The translations under genes and the position numbers were made by a program. A model generated the notes under the pieces. The model did no database searches. It saw nothing but the letters and a program-made list of their open reading frames with translations, and was not told the DNA's origin. A stretch of 63,108 bases of DNA, the filler included, from Reticulomyxa filosa (taxonomy: Eukaryota; Protista; Foraminifera), in NCBI GenBank assembly GCA_000512085.1. It is 13 parts of 13 records of this genome, joined end to end, with 100 filler letters (N's around TTAATTAATTAA, not from the genome) between each part and the next. Parts side by side here need not be neighbours in the genome. Positions count along the whole stretch, not along the records: positions 54,851 to 55,850 come from ASPP01045832.1; positions 55,951 to 61,411 come from ASPP01010272.1; positions 61,512 to 63,108 come from ASPP01039000.1; 10 more parts are not named here. One strand, given 5' to 3'. Shown piece by piece: positions 54,751-63,108 of the stretch (the stretch's first letter is position 1; every line of letters begins with the position of its first letter).

Positions 54751-55950
54751 NNNNNNNNNNNNNNNNNNNNNNNNNNNNNNNNNNNNNNNNNNNNTTAATT
54801 AATTAANNNNNNNNNNNNNNNNNNNNNNNNNNNNNNNNNNNNNNNNNNNNAAAAAAAAAAGGATGAAGAAAAAAAAAAGGATGAAGGAAAAAAAAAGGTA
54901 GTAATAAGAAAAAAAAAAGAAGAATAAATAAAAAAAAGGGGATAATAAAAAAGAAAAATGATAAAATAAAAAGAAAAAGTAGAAATAAAAAGAAAAAGAA
55001 GAAAAAAAAAAAAAGAAAAAGAAACAAAGAAAAAGAAAAATAGTTAGATTTGTAATTTTAATTTTTTTTTTTAATGTTGGGATATCCATCACGGATAACA
55101 ACATGTTAAGTTATTTTTCTTCTTTGTATATGTTTGTTTAAAAAAAAATAATGTGTGGATATCTTGTGGTTGAATGTTATAGAAGAATGTTTGATCGTGC
55201 AATGCATCGTGTGTGGAAGTATAATTGGAAATTACTAAGTGGCCACAACAAGTCATTGTATTTGAGAAGTACCACTGATCCAAGTTAAGTGTTGTGTAAA
55301 GCTATTTACATAAAAACATATGAAATAAAAAATTTAAAATTTGTGACAGAACATTACCAATGGTCAAGATCGAAGGCAATCGTTTATATAATCGAAAATA
55401 AATTTGCAGATTGCAGAATGCTATCTCCATACAAGGACAACAGCTACTACGAGAATGGGAAAAAAATGGTAGAATGGACAATCTTGAATTTGACAAATTG
55501 TTCATTGGCGAAGAACTTGACAACAATAATCTATCATTCAAATTTGATATCAATTTTTTATTCATGTGACAAAGATATTAAAATGGACATGCAAGAAGTG
55601 GTCAATACAATGGATCAAATGGACAATTCCAAAATACAAACAATTTGCTCACTGAAAGCTTCTCGAATGATACATTCAACATACAAGATTTTCCTGATAG
55701 CAACATGGGCTTGAAAGGAATCAACGGATCTCCAGTGACGACGGTTGCACTATCAAACACTATCAGTCCAAAATTGATCTGACATTCGTTTGTCAAGCAA
55801 AATTGGTGCTGTGAACAACAACTTCTGGATGAATAGTCAAGGTTGAATGANNNNNNNNNNNNNNNNNNNNNNNNNNNNNNNNNNNNNNNNNNNNTTAATT
55901 AATTAANNNNNNNNNNNNNNNNNNNNNNNNNNNNNNNNNNNNNNNNNNNN

Positions 55951-55993
<43 letters not shown>

Positions 55994-56063
55994 GACCTGT
56001 CGAGTGGATCATTGACTCTTCCCCCCTCCCCCCACGCACATGTAAAAAAAAAAAAACAGATAT

Positions 56064-57096
56064 GTGGAGCCCAAAATTATGCAATGTGTTGCAGAGGGTA
56101 TGATGAATGCCAGAAGCAAAAAACCTTGCACACCTAGTCCCCATGAAAATGAAAATAAAATCAATCTGTCGCAATACAGTCCGGCACGTAACAAAATAGA
56201 ATTGCAAAAGAACCTCGAAAAAGACGAACCAGCCTTTAAAATTTTGTCAAGCCAAGTTTGTGTCGATTACATAGCATATATATATATGTATATATATATG
56301 TACATATATCTACATATGTATGTATATATGTGTATGTACTTGTGTGAGATGCTTTTAGGAACCGAATATTGGACACAAATTCAACACTGTTGTGAAAACG
56401 CCAGTCGTAGAGAAAAAGCCATATGGCGATATAATAGAGATTATTAGCCAATTTGGCTACGACGTGAGCAGCGAACAGGTTCGTTCTGTTCCTCGCTCTC
56501 ATGATAAAAACATGCGAGACAACGAAAAGGTCAATCCAAATGATGGCAGCGATAATGAACAGGATGTAGTGCCATCACCGACCCCTTCATTGGTGTCGTC
56601 TTTGCATAGCTCGCAAAAAAAACCGAAAAAACGATCCTACTCGGAAATATTGGAGTCGTCTTCGCTTACTCAGAAAAATTTGTTTGGTGTTAAGAAAATG
56701 AAAAGTCCGACGGTCATTGAAAACAAGGAAGAGCAATCCAAAGGATTGGTATTACCTGAAATGTCGAGCAAGTACAGCATTAACCCTTTGTTTGCTGATT
56801 TCTTTGCATCGCCAAGTCAGTCGACTTTGGATTCTGCAAAACCTGAAACACGTGATTCACTACATCAACCACAATCATTTGAAATGGGTGTGGACAACAC
56901 CGCGAATGGTAAGAGAAGCGCTTTTTTCGTGGGTAATTCTAATTCCAACAAAGTGCAGAAAATGCCGACGTTACAAGAGAGAATGGAGCTCCGTGTACAA
57001 CAAGCCAAACAAAAAAATATTACCAAAACACCGTCTCAAAAAACAAATAATCACGGTAATGACAAAAAGAATCAAATTCAAAATTATCTCTTTTGA
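56064..57096 (+). CDS. Hypothetical disordered protein, 3' part (5'-truncated)
   Basis: Two ORFs joined by a (TA)-rich intron at ~56256-56359; S/P/K-rich. Confidence 0.5.
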
Positions 57097-57321
57097 TGAA
57101 ACTGTTGTATTCCATTTCAGTTGTTTGATTTCCTTTTTTTTTATAAGAGGGCAAATATTTTTGAAAAGTATTTAAATTGCTATTCAAAATCGACATTTTT
57201 TCTTCTCAACTTTCCAAAAAAAGGTATGTCCACATTCATGTAGAAAAAAAAGGGGGAATGACTAGAGTTGGATAATATTCTTCAGACGTAACAACTCTCA
57301 ATGAAATGATATTTAAAACTG

Positions 57322-59228
57322 TCAAAAGACTTGTACATAAAGCACCATCAACTCACTACATTTCGGGATCATCCCTTTTTTTTGGTAGCTCTGTTGAACA
57401 GGTCCGGTGACAACATAAGGTAGCATATTGAGCAAGGTATTACCGCGTTTGACAGTGGGCCACGCGTAATACCATATTTGTTGACTGTGTCCATCAGATC
57501 CAGAGGACCTACGATGTTTTTGATCATCGAAAGTGATCATTTCTTTGGGTTCGAACTCAGTGGGTGAAAAGGACATTGGTGTGTCATGCAACAGCATTGT
57601 CCAACTGATTTCGCAGGCATATGTCAGATAGTCGTCCATTAACTTGTTCAATTCTCCTTTTTGATCTCTTGTGTTATTTATTATTATTATTATTATTATA
57701 TTTTTTTTTTTGGTTGTTATTATTATTTGTTGGTATTGTAAGAGGATACGTTATGTAACTGTTGTAATTTATCCACGAAAGTGATTTTTTGCATATATTT
57801 TGCTTTTAATTGGTTGACAATAAGATCCAATTTGGGGCCTGTGTTACTCTCGAACGATGAATTAGTTTGCAAAAATATTTGATAGTTTTGTTGCAAGTAA
57901 TATCCAATCGTGAATTTCAATACTTCCTTTTTCTTCTCTTCTTTTTCTTTCCCTGTTTGTTCGCTCTGTTTCTAATAATAGATTAAAAAATCGGAGCCAT
58001 TTTTTTTGTTGTTGTGATGAAAAATATTGCATTCTAAAAAAAAAAAAATATATATACATATATGTATATACATATATATATTTATATGTATGTATATATT
58101 TAATAATAATACAATGCCGTCATCAATGCACAAGGCGCGACCGACGTTTTCATAAATTTCCAATTCATATTGGCGCATAGCAGATAAACAATTAATAAGC
58201 ATGTCCCACAACAACTGACAAGAATTTCGTTGCAAAATCCGAAATTTTTCATCCTTTTTGGTAGTATTTGTATGCGTTTGAGACAGTTGAATAAGGAAAG
58301 AGTTCAAATTCGTGTATGCATTGGTACGCAAATCTTCCAATGAACTCACTATATCTTTTACATTGGGGAACTGGCTCCGAATATTCGACGCCAAATGTCT
58401 TGTCAGCATTTCATCACGAAGTTGCGCATTCACTCTTGTTATTATTATTTGTAATGGATATGAATTAATGGATGTCAATGTAATAGATGAAATGTATAAA
58501 ACTTTTTGAGTTCTTCCATCTCTTTTTTCATTGTGATAGGCGGGTCAGTCCTATTAACAGTGACATATTGTTTAGAGCATAGATTTGAGCTGATCATCAC
58601 ATAGACAAGTCCAAAACTGTTGCAAATTTTCCAATTCGGTTTTGATTTGTTCATACTTCCTAATATTTTTGCATATTTGGTCAGCAAAGAATCGCAAAAA
58701 AAAAAAAAAAAGCACACACACTAAACTTTTTCCAACTATCTTTTTCAGAAATAAGCCGCTCTTCTGCTTGCTTTTTTTCGCTTTTGTCATTTTTATCAGT
58801 GTTATTTAGCAGGTATCACAAAAAAAACCAAACAAATAAACAAAAAAGGGTAACAAGTTGATTTGATCTTGTTCAACGAGGGGCTCGTTTGTAGAACCTT
58901 GCAACGCCTTAGTTGTATCTATCCATTGTCCTCTACATATTTTCAGATTTTTTGTTTTTCTTTAGAGAAAAAAAAAAAAAAAATACACCTATAAAAAAAA
59001 ATTACTTCACTCGTTGTTAAAATCCTCTTTCTCATTTTTTTTGTGGTCCAGCTTCCCTTTACCCTCCTTAGGGGTATATTGTTTCATAAATGTGATTCCG
59101 GCTACAAATCCAGCCGTGAACGCACATCCAAATCTGAAGTAACTAAGTCCATGTTGTTCCGGCGTCAATAATGTATACAGATATGCTAAAGCACTTGCTC
59201 TTTTCTTAACCACATTATTGTTATACAT
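57322..59228 (-). CDS. MIEAP (SPATA18 C-terminal)-like domain protein with an N-terminal hydrophobic segment and coiled coil, multi-exon
   Basis: The last exon reads YLTYACEISWTMLLHDTP..FDDQKHRR..S..IWYYAWPTV..LL..VVT. The first exon contains GCAFTAGFVAGITFM. Linkage of all exons is inferred. Confidence 0.55.
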
Positions 59229-59417
59229 CTGCTTAAAAAGTGATGATTTGTTAATTTGCTCTCCTCCAGATGTCCCCTTTAGCCTTTTTTAAAAAAGCAA
59301 TGAAAATACTTTACACAGTTTTAAATTTTAAATTTTGTTGTCTTCAATGAACAATTTTGTTTGTCAAATATTTGACATATATCTTAACAGAATTTTAAAT
59401 TGGCCTACAAAAAACAA

Positions 59418-60516
59418 ATGACTGAATCATTTGGCGATTTCCGCTTGTTACCAACTTGCCATATCCTCTGCATCGTCTAGCTTGTGTATATTTGGACAAT
59501 GAAATCCTGATTTGTGGTGGTGAGTGGGCTCATCGAAATTGTTATTCGTATCATCTAACAAAGAAAGAATACAAATCGATAGGAGAGTACACAGATGCCG
59601 ATCTCAATGGACACATGGTATTGAAACTGAAAAGTGACAAGGACATGACGACATTGTTGTCCTTTGGAGGGAAGAAAGAAGGACATTGTTTACAAATGCA
59701 GTACAAAAGTGTATGGAAGGATGACACAGTAGAAAACAAATGAGAAGCATAGGATTGCGGTCCTCTTTTGGAGTGCACTTGTATGGATATCCGAGCAGCA
59801 GTTAGTGGAGAAAAAAAGAGTCTGCTCTTTTTAATGTACAGAAGCAATGTAATAGAGGTTTTTGACATGACCATATGGACTCTAATCACTAGTAAAAAAT
59901 TACCGATTCTATACGGCGATTGTGGAGTCGGTTGCTTGGTCGAAATTAAAACAAATGAGTTGTTGTTAAATGAAAGACAAGGTTTTAACATTCCATTCGA
60001 TGAGAAAGACAAAACATTTGCCTGCAAAACAATGAATATTTGCAATAGCCTGATGCATATTAGCAACTACTCTTTCGTCTGCGTTAACGATTCCATGCTT
60101 TTGTTTGGAGGCTATAGCAATCGTTGCTTCACTAGAACTGACTCCATCTTCGTGTACACTCCAAAAAAAAACGGATGGATGTGTTACTTCTCAAGCTTAC
60201 CTCTCCCACTTTCAAGCAGTGGTATCGTATTCAATCTGCTTGACAAGTCCATACATATCATTGGCGGACTCGATGACAATTGGCAGACCAGCAATTTGCA
60301 TTATGTCGTTAATGCTCAAGATATTTTATTAAAAGTTTCGTCTTGTCTACGCTTTTGGATTTTTTAACATTTAACATACAAATAACAATAACTAAATAGA
60401 ACGCACAACAAATCAGAATAATTATGGAGTTCTGGATACGCGATTGTGGACACAGCACCTTGCACTGGGTTAAGGAACTCGGTGCTATCATTGAAGATTT
60501 TTTTGTTGTGAAATGA
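59418..60516 (+). pseudogene. Kelch-repeat protein with two in-frame stops (TGA 59741, TAG 59750): pseudogene, edited transcript or 24-nt intron
   Basis: EILICGG..CYSYH, LLSFGG, LLFGG and IHIIGG Kelch motifs. ORFs 59456-59743 and 59768-60367 are in the same frame. The last exon ends WIRD..WVKEL..*. Confidence 0.75.
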
Positions 60517-61373
60517 ATAAAATCACAATACATAATTAAACACTTGTCTCTTCTGAAAATTAGATTATGTAAAGTTTTTGGTCAATACTTACATAGAGCC
60601 ACTCTTTTTTTTTTTCGCATTGTTGTATATTGTTCGACCTTTGCAAAATCAATAAAAGTACGTCTTACTTTGTGAAGAAAGGTGATCAATTATGTGCATA
60701 CCTTAGTTTCACGTATTATTATTATTATTATTTTTTTTTTTTTGCACTACAACAAACAAAGTGTGTACGTAGGCCACGAAGAAAGGGAGACTTTCGAGGA
60801 GGATTTTGTTTGTGATTTATTTTTATTGGTTTATCTAAATCTAAATTGCTAAGTGATTAAAAAAAAAACAAACAAAATAAAATGTCTAAATCGTCTGGAA
60901 CTGATGGGAGTTCTCGTCGTTCGAAACACGAGAATGAAAACCAACGTCGACCAGAAGACGTTCCGTTGATGGACAGTTTTTTGGTTCGTTGAGTAGAGAC
61001 TGGCCATATATTGTAAGTGCAGGCATATCAGTATTGAGCTTGACTGCAAGTGGACTGATCGCGTTATCTCGAAGAGTTAATACCAATAAACACCTTACTT
61101 AACCTAATCATCCACAATAGCAAGAAAGGGAGAGGGGTACGAGAAAATGTTAGAAATTTTCGGGTTGCTTGACGATTTTTTTTTTTTTTTTTATAAAAAA
61201 AACATCAACTTTAAAAAAAAAGAATTTAGTCCTCGACCCTACATAATATTTTTTTTGGATGTATGTTGTGATATCACATATCATTTGTTGGAACTTTTTT
61301 AAAAAATGTCGTGCTTCTCCCTCTTCCTCTCCCTTTCCCTCCCTTTTTTGATGAACACTCATCCCTCTATACA

Positions 61374-61411
<38 letters not shown>

Positions 61412-61582
61412 NNNNNNNNNNNNNNNNNNNNNNNNNNNNNNNNNNNNNNNNNNNNTTAATTAATTAANNNNNNNNNNNNNNNNNNNNNNNNNNNNNNNNN
61501 NNNNNNNNNNNCAAAGCTTTTTATAATTTAATTTTACATTTTAACTTAAAAAAAATTAAAAATTAATTCTGCATACTTGAAT

Positions 61583-61750
61583 CATTTTCGCATATTCGCA
61601 AGTTTTTGCGCAATTTCGCACATGTTCTCAAGTTTTTTATCAATTTTGCAAGTTCCTGCACATTTTGCACGTTCTTGCGCATGTTCGCACGTTTTTTATC
61701 GATTTTGCACGTTCCTAGTTAATTTTGCACGTTCCTGCACATTTTGCTGC
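61583..61750. repeat. Degenerate tandem array, ~10-nt unit (TT[T/C]GCAC..) with ~20-nt higher-order period (TTTTGCACGTTCCTGCACA)
   Basis: Repeated TTGCAC/TCGCAC/TTGCAA cores are visible. The array is GC-richer than its flanks. Confidence 0.8.
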
Positions 61751-61942
61751 AAAAAAACTTTATGAAAATATCACAAAAACCAGCGTCCAAGATAATTTAG
61801 TGATTGAAAAAAAAAACATATTATATAACAAATAAAAAAATCGAAATTAGAAAATGGTCAACGACAAATTAATTTAAATATTGTCAAAATTAAAAAAATT
61901 ATTATAATAAATTATCTCCAATCACCCAACAATTAAAAAAAA

Positions 61943-63108
61943 TTATAGTCTTTTTCTTTTGCATTGCCCCCCATCGCAAAACAAATCACTTTCTTCTGTT
62001 TTTTCTTCAGACTTAAGAGTGCTGAAGTTTCTCTTATTCCCTTTTTTTTCTCTTAAAATTTTTTCATTAGGAGCAAGTGTCTTTGCATATTTTGTTATTC
62101 GTACAAGCTCCAACATTGCATCTTTAAATGACTCCATTTTCAACATCTTGTAAACCTTTATATTGAAAATTTTGTCATCTTTATTAATTTTATCAGCTTC
62201 CAACCATAAACAGTTTGGATATCCAATTATCATACCAACCCTAGCTCCACTCCATATCATATATCCAGAAATTTGGAGTATTATATTCACTAAAGGAGCT
62301 GCATTCATAATACATCTAGGTTGTACGATCTGCAGCTTTTTTATCATATCATCTTTATCGTCACTTGCTGCAACGTTAAGATTTTCACAATAACGTTTCA
62401 GCCCCTGTAATGTATATGAATGCCAATCTAATTCTTTTTTAGCATCTTTTTTCAATATCGAAGCGAGTTTTCTTTTGTCATTGCATGTTAGTGCAATATC
62501 TCGTTCGTATAGCTGATTTTGTGCAGCTGATTCGTTCTTGTCCGGCATTTTATTATTATTACCTTTATCGGTATTTCTTATTTTTTTCGTTTTCTTTTTT
62601 TTTGAACCTATTTTTTTAATTATGAAACATTATTTTATTTAAAAAAAGAAATAACAAATTAAAATATTTTAACTTTCATTTTTTTTTTGAATAATTAGTT
62701 TGCACAAATCTGCACATCCATTAGTCCATGTTTTTTGCAAGACATGTTCATTATTGTCAAAAATTGTTAGAATACGTGGTAATTTATAATCAATAACGAT
62801 GAATGGTCTTTCTGGCTCCCCTTTATAACCTGTATTAGAGTCTTCTGCCCACATTAAATCAGGATATACAGTGCCAGTATTAATATGTTCGTTCGACATA
62901 CATCCTGATAATGTGCCCTTCGATGTCGGATGCATTAATGATCCTGTTAATCCTTCCATAATCGTTTCCACATTTTTCATTAAAAATTGGTTCTTTTCTT
63001 CCTTGCTATTGTCACGTATAAATGCTTTCCAAAATCCAATCAGTGTTCCATGTAAAACTTCATTGTCATTTAAAACATCATTTTCGCATCCATCAGACTC
63101 CATCCATT
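61943..63108 (-). CDS. PD-(D/E)XK restriction-endonuclease-like protein with an inserted SAP-like domain (5'-truncated, one intron 62608-62673)
   Basis: Nuclease motifs E..TGTVYPDL...FIVIDYKLP and LQISGYM..G..G. SAP-like segment YTLQGLKRYCENLNVAASDDKDDMIKKL. A GT-AG 66-nt intron joins the two ORFs in frame. The C-terminus is KRKRL. Confidence 0.65.

Noticed and set aside
54851-55104. Phe-rich or Lys-rich ORFs
   Set aside because: They are translations of poly-A/purine low-complexity sequence.
60849-61411. Possible last exon of a minus-strand gene
   Set aside because: It is too short, the frame is ambiguous and there is no motif.
12991-61511. Recurring TTAATTAATTAA palindrome flanked by Ns, resembling a regularly spaced repeat or CRISPR
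   Set aside because: It is an artificial concatenation linker. Gene neighbourhoods across it have no biological meaning.
61583-61750. Repeat array beside a Cas4/RecB-like nuclease read as a CRISPR array
   Set aside because: The units are ~10-20 nt, contiguous and degenerate with no unique spacers, and the gene is eukaryotic and spliced.
1-63108. tRNA, rRNA or telomeric repeats; alternative genetic code
   Set aside because: None was recognised by eye. Conserved genes end in TAA, TAG or TGA and have no systematic internal stops.

Overview
This window is not one locus. It is 13 unrelated assembly contigs joined by 12 artificial 100-nt linkers (44 N + TTAATTAATTAA + 44 N). Twelve contigs are AT-rich eukaryotic DNA with short GT-AG introns. 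Their expanded WD40, Kelch and 7TM families and low-complexity tracts resemble the foraminiferan Reticulomyxa filosa (inference, not checked). Recognisable genes are: a 7TM receptor-like protein; a peroxisomal TYSND1/DEG15 protease ending in a PTS1 signal; a three-part fusion of Tudor/Agenet-like repeats, a degenerate BPNT1/IMPase domain and a saccharopine-dehydrogenase-like oxidoreductase; a Yvh1/DUSP12 zinc domain protein; SERBP1/HABP4; an IQGAP-type RasGAP; a USP32-like EF-hand/DUSP protein; a PH-CAMK kinase; an APC polyamine transporter; a C2H2 protein; an acylated CAMK-like kinase; a MIEAP-like protein; a Kelch gene with two in-frame stops; and a spliced PD-(D/E)XK nuclease with an inserted SAP-like domain next to a degenerate tandem-repeat array. 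One 1-kb contig is bacterial (a giant adhesin fragment). A decayed LINE fragment and a large imperfect inverted duplication are also present. Exon boundaries were read by eye and are approximate.
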